A stretch of 63,389 nucleotides of DNA, filler included, from Basidiobolus ranarum (taxonomy: Eukaryota): assembly GCA_040143965.1 (NCBI GenBank). It is 52 parts of 52 records of this genome, joined end to end, with 100 filler letters (N's around TTAATTAATTAA, not from the genome) between each part and the next. Parts side by side here need not be neighbours in the genome. Positions count along the whole stretch, not along the records: positions 37,930 to 39,049 come from JASJQH010013220.1; positions 39,150 to 40,268 come from JASJQH010013221.1; positions 40,369 to 41,487 come from JASJQH010013222.1; positions 41,588 to 42,706 come from JASJQH010013223.1; positions 42,807 to 43,925 come from JASJQH010013224.1; positions 44,026 to 45,144 come from JASJQH010013225.1; positions 45,245 to 46,362 come from JASJQH010013226.1; positions 46,463 to 47,580 come from JASJQH010013227.1; 44 more parts are not named here. One strand, written 5' to 3'. Every line of letters begins with the position of its first letter. Position 1 is the stretch's first letter. Positions 38,247 to 49,058 of this stretch are shown here, one piece after another. The position numbers and the translations under genes are program-made. The notes under the pieces were generated by a model. That model saw only the letters and a program-made list of their open reading frames with translations. It made no database searches and was not told where the DNA came from.

Positions 38247-39049
38247 AAATTATGTATTTGGCAGACTTCTGGATGCAGATTTACACAAATCAGGATCCAA
38301 CCAAAAGAATGAGGAAAAATCTTTAATAGCTATGGGAAACCTTTCTTCAAAGGTCAAAAGCACTTGAAGAAGAAAAGTAACAAAATCTGTGATTACAGTA
38401 AAAGAACTGGCCATTTAAGCAAAGATTGCTTTAAAAGAATTGCAAAAGAAGAAAAACATACTGAATCTGGAAATGTGATTACAACAGAAGAGTGCTTGTT
38501 CATATCTGCTCCATCTATGACTACCAATAATGATTCTCAGAAATGGTATATTGATTTTGGAGCTTCCCAACATTTTACAAATGAAAAACATTAGTTTGTG
38601 GAATATGAAGAAATCCCAATTAGAAAGGTTTTCTTAGGAGATGCCTGCACATTGGATGCTGTTGGAATGGGAACAATTCAACACAATTTAACTGGAGCTG
38701 CTGAAGAGAAAGTATATACTTTTAAGGATGTACTACATGTTCCAGATATTCCCAAGAATTTAATATCTGTATGCAAGGCCACCTCAGAAGGGCTAAAATT
38801 CAATTTTGCTAAGTCAGGATGCACCATCACTGATCAAAATGGGATTATTTAGCTTTGGGAGAAAAGGATCAATACTTATACAAGCTTATATTATCCAAGA
38901 GATTTATGTTTAAATATAAGTAATTCCAATCAAGAACCTCTTCAATTATGGTGTAAGAGATTTGGCCATATTAGATTTAATGATTTGAGCAAAATTATTA
39001 AAAATTGCCTAATTTCTTGAATTCAAATTGACCCCCCAACCAAAATGGA
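38247..39049 (+). mobile_element. Copia gag zinc knuckle, protease and pre-integrase
   Basis: CDYSKRTGHLSKDC, WYIDFGASQH, DVLHVPDI.KNLISV; paralog of 46463..47580. Confidence 0.93.
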
Positions 39050-39149
39050 NNNNNNNNNNNNNNNNNNNNNNNNNNNNNNNNNNNNNNNNNNNNTTAATTA
39101 ATTAANNNNNNNNNNNNNNNNNNNNNNNNNNNNNNNNNNNNNNNNNNNN

Positions 39150-40098
39150 AATACTTTAGCAGGTTATGAGCCCCAAGTCTGACAAATCAAAGCAGTTAAT
39201 CAGATTTTCAGATGTTTGAAAGGTACTGTGGATCTGTGCTTAAAACACAGATACTCTGGATCAAACTTTGATCTGGTGGGATAATCTGATGCAAATTGGG
39301 GAAGAGATATTAAAGATAGGAGATCCACAACAGGAAACTTATTTCTTTGCTGTAATGGATTTATTTCTTGAAATTCAAAAAAACAACCTATCATTGCACT
39401 TTCAACAACAGAAGCAGAAAACATAGCTGCCTGTAAAGCAACAAAAGAAGCAATATGGTTAAGAAAACTCCTAACAGATTTATGTTATTCTCTAAGCTCA
39501 CAAACTACAATATTTCAAGATAATCAAAGCTGTAACAAATTAGCTAAAAATCCCATGTTTCATAATAGAAGCAAACATATATATATTAAGCATCACTTCA
39601 TTAGAGAGACCATAGAGACTAAGTTTATTGACTTAACTTATTGTTCTACAGAAGACAAGATTGCTGATATATTAACCAAACCATTAGCTAGACAGAAATT
39701 TGAGAAATTTAGACCTCCCTTGAAATTATTTTATATGACTATTTAGTTCCAGGAGAGTGTTGAAATTAGTTTTGCCTAAGCACCTATATAGTCATATATA
39801 GCTTAGTACTTAGGTATCTCATATTTCACAAGATATTACCCCTTATTCTCAATCAGAATTTGCTTAGAATATTTTTACCAACTTAGAAGTTCTCCAATAT
39901 ATAGATTTTTTAAACTTATGCCCCAAACTTTGCACACATGTTCCCGGGGCCTTCTTCAGCATATTGTACACATTAGTTTGTTTACATCTTAACAAAAGTA
40001 TAAATATTAACTTTCTACTCTATAAATCAATAAGTGAAAACCACCAATTTCTCTAATTCCCCAAACCACTTCCAACAGGCTCCCAAACTACTTTAACA
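39150..40098 (+). mobile_element. Internally deleted copia family A element: 5' LTR end, PBS, RNase H, PPT, 3' LTR (39758..40098)
   Basis: AATACTTTAGCA + GGTTATGAGCCC joined directly to RT-end/RNase H sequence; an inverted LTR A piece follows at 40193..40268. Confidence 0.85.
39162..39173 (+). promoter_or_regulatory. PBS complementary to the tRNAiMet anticodon arm (half-tRNA priming type)
   Basis: GGTTATGAGCCC directly after the LTR CA; complement of GGGCUCAUAACC. Confidence 0.8.
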
Positions 40099-40368
40099 AT
40101 TAGTAGGATATTCAGCTTCCTGTCAATTGCACCCTTCAGATTAAGCAGCCTAATCTTGATAGCATCATGTTTAAAGTGGGCTACACAATAACTGTTAAAG
40201 TACTTTGGGAGCCTGTTGGAAGTGGTTTGGAGAATTAGAGAAATTGGTGGTTTTCACTTATTGATTTANNNNNNNNNNNNNNNNNNNNNNNNNNNNNNNN
40301 NNNNNNNNNNNNTTAATTAATTAANNNNNNNNNNNNNNNNNNNNNNNNNNNNNNNNNNNNNNNNNNNN

Positions 40369-41310
40369 CCTGGGTTTTTGCAAGCAAATGGCAATTTTGC
40401 TAGTATAGGCCTATTCATGACACATCTTGAAAATGCATGCATTTATCAACTTAGAAAAGAAAGAAAAGCAGCTAAAGAAGTACTCAGGGAGCAGGAAGTT
40501 AGTAAGCCCAAGAGAGAAGCAAAGCAGCCAGTGAGTTTAGGCTCTACCATCCTACCAACCAAATTCTTCACCCCATTGTGTAGATATGTATTTGCAGAGT
40601 CAATTATACCAGCAGATATATTGGCAAAAAGGCTAAATTTTACTATGGAACCAAGTTTATTGGTTAGAGGAGTGCTAAATTTGGAAGTTTCTCTACCAGA
40701 ATGTATAAAAATATTAAAAGTGCTTGTGGAGTATTTTCAAAAGTATGAAGGGATAAATGCAGTGCATGTATGCAGAAAGTGGCTTCAAAAGAAGAGCATT
40801 TTATTTGACATTTAGTCTGGTGTTTTACCATGCAGATATCTGGGAAGAACTTAATAAAGTGTGGCACAATATTGCAAGGTATCCACCAGTTATCTGTAAC
40901 AAAGTTGATTCAGCAACATTAATACAATGGTGGGCTTTGATGGAGTTATTAATACAAACTTGTGTCAAATATGAACTTAACCTTTGGTATGAAGAACTAT
41001 ATTAAATTAATCATGACAATATATCAAAGAAACCAGGAATTTCAAAGGTGACAAAATTGCTTTCAACTGGTAAATGTGTAACATTTGAGTTACATTTTTC
41101 AAACATGTGTTGATTCAGAGTTTTGGGACATTGTAGCCAATTGTGTGCAACTATTTTGCAAGATCTTGTAATTTTACTCCTAAAACTGAAAAAATTGGTT
41201 AAAATCAAATCTAACTTGACAATTTTATGATGGTAAGTAAATGGTCAATCCACAACGGATTGAAATTGTGATGGCTTTCTTACTATCACAATCCTCAAAT
41301 TTCTGTTGGG
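40369..41310 (+). mobile_element. CMC ORF2 3' half and left terminus
   Basis: Homologous to 18386..19159 and 11039..11876; ends TTCTGTTGGG, followed by inverted transposase sequence to ~41470. Confidence 0.85.
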
Positions 41311-41587
41311 TAATAGCTGACTCTTGTTACCATTCACAATGATAAAAAACTCTAGGATTTTTGCAAATTTCAAAAAGAATTCTGCCAATAAATCCATGAC
41401 TTGCAGTCAAAAAATGTCCAGCCACAAGTAGTTGTGTTGTTGCTCAAATAGATTACCCAATGGCTAAATCAAGAAATCTACCAATATNNNNNNNNNNNNN
41501 NNNNNNNNNNNNNNNNNNNNNNNNNNNNNNNTTAATTAATTAANNNNNNNNNNNNNNNNNNNNNNNNNNNNNNNNNNNNNNNNNNNN

Positions 41588-42339
41588 TGGTTTGCCGGTT
41601 TTCCTATGAGATTTCTACTTTCATGTGCCCAAGCAATTTTGGGTCTTTGTGTAGGCTTAATGGTCCAACACATATTCTGCTCTGCTAGGTTGTCACGGTG
41701 ACATTCATATGTATGGTGTGGGATTGATTGAAATCCCATATGAGTACAGACAGAGTGAGCAGCATGTTGCCATAGCTAAAGTACAGCATTCTGATGGTCT
41801 TGTATCATTGTTGAGTGACTCTCCAACTGTTGACTAGTTGCTTCTAAAGACTGCATCAATTGCAATATTGTGGCTATATTGCTTGTCATAGCCTCTATAG
41901 CAATTTCATAGTTTTTACTTATGCTTGCATACAAATCATTGCGGTGTTCTGCCTGCAATTCCCTTATTGTGATAATTCTATCCAATTTTTCTACCAATGG
42001 TTGTTCAATAGTGGGCAAAGTAGCCATTTGGGAAGTTGATGGCCTTGACGGTGTTTTGGTTGAACTTTGCTCAACTATTGATTTACTACATAATTTGGGG
42101 ATTACAATTTCTTCTCTTTCACTATTGCTTGAAAGGAGCACATCTGGTAAATTGATTGATGCTTCATCATTGCTTGAGTTAGTTTCTGGCATATTAATGC
42201 CTTCCAAAGTGGATAGTGGAGCACTAGACTGCTCAACAATTAAGTCCTCTGTTCTTGCTGGTTTTTTTCCTTTTGTGCCAGCAGGCTTTAGCTTGGAAGC
42301 TAATTTTGACTTAGATTTTGAACACTTTCTGAATGGCAT
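41588..42339 (-). mobile_element. CMC ORF2 N-terminal part (MPFRKCSKSKSK...), unknown function
   Basis: 187-aa ORF plus read-through; head-to-head with the transposase ATG at 42552; second copy at 57415..57923. Confidence 0.8.
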
Positions 42340-42551
42340 TGAAATTTTCAGATGGTAAATTTGGTGTCAAGAAGTTGGTTTGAAACAGCTTATAATAAAC
42401 CAAAATTACCATCCAATACCAGAAAAATCTTGTAAATTCCCTGATGACTCATCTTTGACACTGTCTCAGAATCAGCTGATGATATTGATGGGCTATACCT
42501 AAGATACCACCCTTACGTGGGAGGTGTTCTTTTTTCTTCAATATCCTTCTC
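42340..42551. promoter_or_regulatory. Candidate bidirectional promoter of the CMC element (212 bp)
   Basis: Lies between divergent ATGs in three copies; conserved palindromes GATGACTCATC and ATCAGCTGAT. Confidence 0.55.
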
Positions 42552-42706
42552 ATGCCACATCACAAACATTTAAAGAAGCACTGCTACTACTGTCACAAAT
42601 TCTTGTGCTATGAAAGCCAGAGGCTTCATAGAAAAAATAATCACAAGCACAGTCACTGTACAAAGCCACCAGCTGCACAAAGCCTGGTGTATAACAACAG
42701 TAATAA
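42552..42706 (+). mobile_element. CMC transposase N-terminus
   Basis: MPHHKHLKKHCYYCHKFLCYES, same as 23510. Confidence 0.88.
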
Positions 42707-42808
42707 NNNNNNNNNNNNNNNNNNNNNNNNNNNNNNNNNNNNNNNNNNNNTTAATTAATTAANNNNNNNNNNNNNNNNNNNNNNNNNNNNNNNNNNNNNN
42801 NNNNNNAT

Positions 42809-43925
42809 TGTTGGATAATTACTCTTTATTCAACATCATAGTTAACTTTAGTTATGATACATATATCAGAAACAGAAAGCAATGTATCTATAACCAGTAT
42901 ATTCTAAATAGGAATATCTCTATATCTATATAAAAAGTATGTCTTATTACCCTCACTTATCTATTATATCTTATTACAAAAACTCTTAAACATCTCAAAC
43001 AATTGATTTACTTTTCTACTACACAAGTCACCAAATACTCTTAAGAATAAAGTAACTAAAACACACTATCATAAGTTGCTTCTAATACTCAAAGTCTACC
43101 CCCATTAAGTCAAGATCCTCCAACATGGTAGCAGCAAGTGAATTAGAGTTTTCTCCCCAAAAGGAGATTACTAATCTTTAAACTTTCAATGGGGAAGATT
43201 TCCATGAATGGAAATTCAAGATGCAACTTGCTCTTCAAGGGAAACATGTCTGGGAAGTAGTTCAACCAGATGAAGAAGAAGAAACTTCTGAAGAAGAAAG
43301 TACAGATTCTGACACTAAAACAAAGAAGCCAACACGTAAAGAAGCCAGGGCAGTCTTGGAATGGAACATCATGAGCAAAAAGGGCTTGCTCCCTTGCTGA
43401 TGCTACAAAGAAATTTCTTAAGCTCTTGTATGTCTGAGGAATCAGATATTAGGACATATGTAAATGGTGTAAAGAAACTTGCCCAACAACTGGAATCAGT
43501 GAATTATGAAGTACCTGAAATGGATATAATTCTTACCATTATCAATGGTTTCCCTGAATCATATTCAGCCTTTGTACTCAATTTGGAATCAATTGTGGAT
43601 AAGTTTACTCAGCATTATCTGATCTCTTGTCCATGTCAAGAAGAATTTAAAAAGAAAGACAAAAGTCAGCTCACAGATGAAAGAAAAACTACACAAGCAT
43701 TTTATTCTCAAAATAGCCAACCAGAAGGGAGCACTGTGAAATGTCACAAATTTGGAAAACTGGGACATATGCACTTTACTGCAGATCAAAAAAGAAATGG
43801 GTTTCAAAGAAAAAGGAAGCATATAACCCCACTAAAAGAGGAAATGAACACTATGTACTTATGGCAACCTCTAAATTAGGAAATGAATCTGCTGATGTAT
43901 GGATTCTAGATTCTGGTGCAAGTGA
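42809..43925 (+). mobile_element. Copia family B 5' LTR (42809..43125), PBS TGGTAGCAG (43126) and gag to protease
   Basis: TG...CA 317 bp; FNGEDFHEWKFKM, UBN2-like gag, CHKFGKLGH knuckle, WILDSGAS. Confidence 0.93.
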
Positions 43926-44025
43926 NNNNNNNNNNNNNNNNNNNNNNNNNNNNNNNNNNNNNNNNNNNNTTAATTAATTAANNNNNNNNNNNNNNNNNNN
44001 NNNNNNNNNNNNNNNNNNNNNNNNN

Positions 44026-45144
44026 TTACTACAGTTATATGACCAGAATGATGTAGGTCAAAATGCAACTTTGGTTGAACCAGTAAGTCCAGACAACTTT
44101 GAGGACTTGCTGCTAGATGTTGACCTTGGTTATTCCAGTACCAATGGTAGTATATCAGAAGTTGAAGAAGAAGATGATGGTTTTGTTACAGAGTCCTTGT
44201 TATTGGCAAACATTATTCCACTCATAACACTTATAGCAGAGGAAGCAGCTTTGATTATTGAGGAGTGGAGAGTTCAATCCAATCTTAGCAACCAGGTTTT
44301 ATTGGTTTTCTTACATTTTTACCACAGTTGATTGGCAACTGTTGCTTGCCACAGACCTGGTACAAGTGGAAAACACTTGTCAATCATATGACTTATAATC
44401 CTTCAGTAATTAAACTGCCTTCATGTCCAAATGGTTGTTTGGCTTTCACCAGTGATCTGAAAAACCTGAAGTCATGTACTGTTTGCACACAATTGGCAAT
44501 CACTGAATCAGGTAAATATAGTTCATATTTGGCATACATACCATTGATTCCCCACCTTGGAGTTTTGATGAAATCACCCAAATATAGATCATTGATCCAC
44601 TACCAAAGTACTCACTATAATGCTGATGGTATTACCAACATACTTGATGGATATCACTACCGGAGTCTGAAAAGTCAAGGTTTCTTTGAGAACATGTATG
44701 ATCATGCATTTGCATTGGCTCTGCATGGTTTCTCATTAAACAAATATACCATTGGAAAGGTTTGCTGGCCAATAATTTTAATCAACTTAAATCTTCCTCC
44801 TTCTGAACAGTATAAGAGTCAAAATATTTTGATACTATGCATCATATCTGGACCTAAATCACTAGTGCTTATAGATAGCTTCTTGGAGCCTTTGATTGCC
44901 AAATTTGAATGGTTATCTAATGGGGTTCAGATGGGTGAATATTTTATTAAAGCTAATATCATTGTATGTATTGGTGACACTCCTGCCATCAGTAGACTTG
45001 GAGGTTTTTGCAGGCACAATGCACTATCTTGGGGTAAATTTTGTCAAATCAATGGAGTTTACTCTAACAGGCATACGCATTACTACTATCCAAATACAAC
45101 ACTAAACTCCATGATTTTACTATCAAGAGCCCGGTCAGATTTCA
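44026..45144 (+). mobile_element. CMC/EnSpm transposase core, best-preserved copy
   Basis: CPNGC..CTVC, L(D>H)GF, CWPIILINLNLPP, ISGPK, DSFLEPLI, CIGDTPAI, HNALS..KFC: Transposase_21 (PF02992)-type motifs. Confidence 0.93.
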
Positions 45145-45244
45145 NNNNNNNNNNNNNNNNNNNNNNNNNNNNNNNNNNNNNNNNNNNNTTAATTAATTAA
45201 NNNNNNNNNNNNNNNNNNNNNNNNNNNNNNNNNNNNNNNNNNNN

Positions 45245-45998
45245 AATCAATCAGCATTGTAAGTGCTTTCTCTACTAAAGTCCTATTCATCCTTTCTGCA
45301 ACTCCATTTTGTTCTGCAATATATGAAATAGAAAATTGCTGCTGAATTCCCTTTTCTTGATAAAAGCTAGTCATGGCTTCATTGCTAAATTCAGTTCCAT
45401 TATCACTGCATAGGTATTTGATTTTTCTTCCTGTTATGGTTGTGACCATTGCTTCATATATCTTACAATATTGAAACATTTCTCCTTTGCTCAAAAGAAG
45501 ATATGAAACTGTGAAGTGAGATTTATCATCAATAAAGATGAGTAAATATCATTGCTTACTAGGTGTCAGAGTTTGCCTTGGGCCACATAAGTCTGTATCA
45601 ATAAAATTTAATAAATCTTTGTTTTTGCTAGCTCCTTCTTTTGGAAATGGCTTTCTGGAGATTTTCCCTTAAATACAGCTTTCACATTTAGTAATATCTG
45701 AGGGCTTAAGATCCATTCCAGTACACAGGCTATTTTTATATAATAGTTTCACACTATTATAGTTTAGATGACCCAAGTGCTGATGCCAAGTCATCAAGTT
45801 TCCAGAAGTAATTGTTGCAAAGTTAGAAACAGTCTCAGTTATTGGTGCAATATCCAGGTGATATAGATTCCCAATTCTTGTTCCAGTTGCTACTATCAAG
45901 TCCATTGATTTGTATATGGTTGCTTTTCCACAGCTGAATTTGACATCATACTGTTTCTTTTCAATTGTTCCAATTAAAAACAGATTTGTTGTAAATGA
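45245..45998 (-). mobile_element. Copia pre-integrase and integrase core
   Basis: WHQHLGH, CESCI, DLCGP, SDNGTEF, QNGVAERMNRTL. Confidence 0.95.
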
Positions 45999-46362
45999 CC
46001 CTAACAAAAATAAAATCAATTTGATCAGGATCAGATTCACTCTTCTAAATTGCAAAACCATCAGAGAACCATCACAACACTGGTGCCTTGTATTCTGCCA
46101 GGGATCCCTGGCAAAAATAAAATTGAATTAATCCGGATTGGATCCACTCTTCTAAATTGCAACAGGCTTTGTTGCTGTCATTGTGCTCAAACAATGTGAA
46201 AGCCTGTGAGCACATTGAAAAGAGCCCTTTGTTGGAAGGTTAATATACTCTGGAGGTTCTTTAACCCATTGCATTACATCCATCACTGATTTTGCTGATA
46301 CATTATTAAGCAGATTAGCATATGGTAATACTGACAATTTCACATGAAGCATCATTTCACCA
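45999..46362 (-). mobile_element. Two stacked CMC right termini (45999 and 46106), the second fused to transposase interior
   Basis: CCCTAACAAAAATAAAATC at 45999 and CCCTGGCAAAAATAAAATT at 46106; transposase sequence resumes ~46163. Confidence 0.82.
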
Positions 46363-46462
46363 NNNNNNNNNNNNNNNNNNNNNNNNNNNNNNNNNNNNNN
46401 NNNNNNTTAATTAATTAANNNNNNNNNNNNNNNNNNNNNNNNNNNNNNNNNNNNNNNNNNNN

Positions 46463-47580
46463 CCTGCCTTCCATCAAACACAAAATACAGCTCAAGCAGA
46501 TGACCCAACGCAAGGTATGGATAGCCTTGGAAGACACCTACCAAACAAGTTCTGCTACAAACAAGATGTTTCTAAGAAGACCATTCTTTAACTCAAAGAT
46601 GAAGCCAGGAGAAGACACTAAATCACTAATTAATACAGTCACTATTTTAGTGGATGAAATGGAATGCATTGGTGTGCCTACTACTAATCAAGATATCATG
46701 GTTACAGTCCTGAAAAGACTGCCACACAAGTTTAGGAGCCTAGTAATTGCTCAAGAATCAAGAACTGAGAATTTGACCTTAAATTATGTATTTGGCAGAC
46801 TTCTGAATGAAGATTTACACAACTGAGGACTCAACCAAAAGAATGAGGAAAATGCTTTAATAGGCTATGGGAAATCTACCTATAAAGGTCAAAAGCACTT
46901 TAAGAAGAAAGTAAAATATTCTGTGTTTACTGTAAAAGAACTGGCCATTTAAGCATGGATTGCTTTAAAAGAATTGCAAATGAAGAAAACATACTGAATC
47001 TGGAAATGCGGTTACAACAGAAGATCACTTGTTCATATATGCTCTATCTATGACTGCCAACATGAATTCTCAGATGTGGTATATTGATTTGGCAGCTTCC
47101 CAACATTTCACAAAGGAAAAACATTGGTTTGTGGAAGATGAAGAAATCCCAATTAGAAAGGTTTTCACAGGAGATGATCACTCATTGAATGCTGTTGGAA
47201 TGGGAATAATTCAAGTCAATTTAACTAGAGTTTCTGAAGAGAAAGTGTATACTTTTAAGGATGTACTACATGTTCCAGATATTGCTAAGAATTTAATATC
47301 TGTATGCAAGGCCACCTCAGAAGTGCTAAAATTCAATTATGATAAGTCAGGATGCACCATAACTGTTCAAAATGCAAATTATTTAACTTTGGGAGAAAAA
47401 GATCAGAACTTATACAAATTTTCATATAATCCCAGAGGTTATGTATAATACAAGTTATTCCAATCAAGAAACTATGCAATTATGGTGCAAGAGATTTGGC
47501 CATAATGGATTTGATTATTTGAACAAAATGATCAAAAATTGCCTAATATCTGCAATTCAAATTAACCCCCCAACCAAAAT
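46463..47580 (+). mobile_element. Copia gag-protease-pre-integrase
   Basis: UBN2-like gag, CVYCKRTGHLSMDC, WYIDLAASQH, LWCKRFGH. Confidence 0.94.
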
Positions 47581-47680
47581 NNNNNNNNNNNNNNNNNNNN
47601 NNNNNNNNNNNNNNNNNNNNNNNNTTAATTAATTAANNNNNNNNNNNNNNNNNNNNNNNNNNNNNNNNNNNNNNNNNNNN

Positions 47681-48770
47681 TTGCCAATTGTGTGCAAACA
47701 GTACATGACTTCAGGTTTTTCAGATCACTGGTGAAAGCCAAACTACCATTTGGACATGAAGGTAGTTTAATTACTGAAGGATTATAAGTCATTCAATTGA
47801 CAAGTGTTTTCCACTTGTACCTGGTCTGTGGCAAGCAATAGTTGACAATCAACTGTGGTAAAAGTGTAAGAAAACCAATAAACACCTGGTTGCTAAGATT
47901 GGATTGAACCCTCCACTCCCCAATAATCAAAGCTGCTTCCTTTACAGTAAGTGTTATGAGTGGACTAATATTTGCCAATTACAAAGAGTCCATAACAAAA
48001 CTGGTGTCTTCTTCTTCAATTTCTGAAATGCTACCATTAGTACTGGAATAACCAAGGTCAACATCTAGCAGCAAGTCCCCAAAGTTGTCTGGACTTATTG
48101 GTTCAACCAAACTTGCAGTTTGACGTACATCATTCTGGTCATCTGGCCATGCTAACTCCACAGTATCTTGACTTTTGGTAGTATTACCAAAACTTTGAGG
48201 CAAACTACAGTCAGTGGACTGATTAGGCAAAATTAAAGTCAATTTAGTGTACTTATTGGACTTGTTCTCTGTGATAGTGCCAGATTGTGCTGTATATATC
48301 ATATTGGATAAATTATTCTAAAATTTATGCGGCACAATTTGGCACTATTCTTTACCCTCTGGCACAATCAATTTTAATCACACTTAATGTAATATATTGA
48401 TCTAAGGTCCAATAAATCCTGGCACAATGGAACAAGTCCATTACTGTTGTTATACACCAGGCTTTGTGCAGCTGGTGGCTTTGTACAGTGACCGTGCTTG
48501 TGATTATTTTCTCTATGAAGCATCCAGCTTTCATAGCACAAGAATTTGCAACAATAATGGCAGGGCTTCTTTAAATGTTTGTGTTGCAGCATGAGAAGGA
48601 TATTGTGGAAAAAAGAACACCTCCCATGTAAGGGTGGTATTTTTTGTATAGCTTATCAATATCATCAGCTGATTCTAAAACAGTGTCACAGATGAGTCAT
48701 CTGGGGATTCACAAGATATTTCCGGTAAAGGATGGCAATTTTGGCTTTTTATAAGCTGTTTGGTAGCATT
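47681..48770 (-). mobile_element. CMC spacer and transposase 5' part, interrupted by a MITE
   Basis: Reverse complement of 23330..24230. Confidence 0.9.
48258..48439. mobile_element. 182-bp MITE with 10-bp TIR GGACTTGTTC and 3-bp TSD ATT
   Basis: att|GGACTTGTTC...GAACAAGTCC|att; empty site in the copy near 23660; second copy at 53428..53609. Confidence 0.9.
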
Positions 48771-48898
48771 TTCAGGACTCGAAGGTTAGCAGCTGACANN
48801 NNNNNNNNNNNNNNNNNNNNNNNNNNNNNNNNNNNNNNNNNNTTAATTAATTAANNNNNNNNNNNNNNNNNNNNNNNNNNNNNNNNNNNNNNNNNNNN

Positions 48899-49058
48899 TG
48901 TGTATAAAGAAAGTCCCAGTCAGATCGCGCACCAAATCCTGGAAGGGAAGAGAGGTTCTACCATCAGTACCTTCAATACTAGTGATTGGTCGGAAGATTT
49001 GTCCTTCGGTTGTTGCAAGGGACAAACCTAAGATCAAAATTGAACCATTAATCTTCAT
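48899..49058 (-). CDS. 5' end of a putative secreted protein (MKINGSILILGLSLATTEGQIFRP...)
   Basis: Signal-peptide-like N-terminus; TATAAATA at 49165..49158; CpG-retaining upstream DNA. Confidence 0.55.

Noticed and set aside
41921-42358. 145-aa plus-strand ORF
   Set aside because: Antisense shadow of CMC ORF2; the same applies to 27098..27334 and 62438..62689 opposite copia and gypsy pol
43126-43135. tRNA-like sequence
   Set aside because: Only a short PBS complement, no cloverleaf; not a tRNA gene
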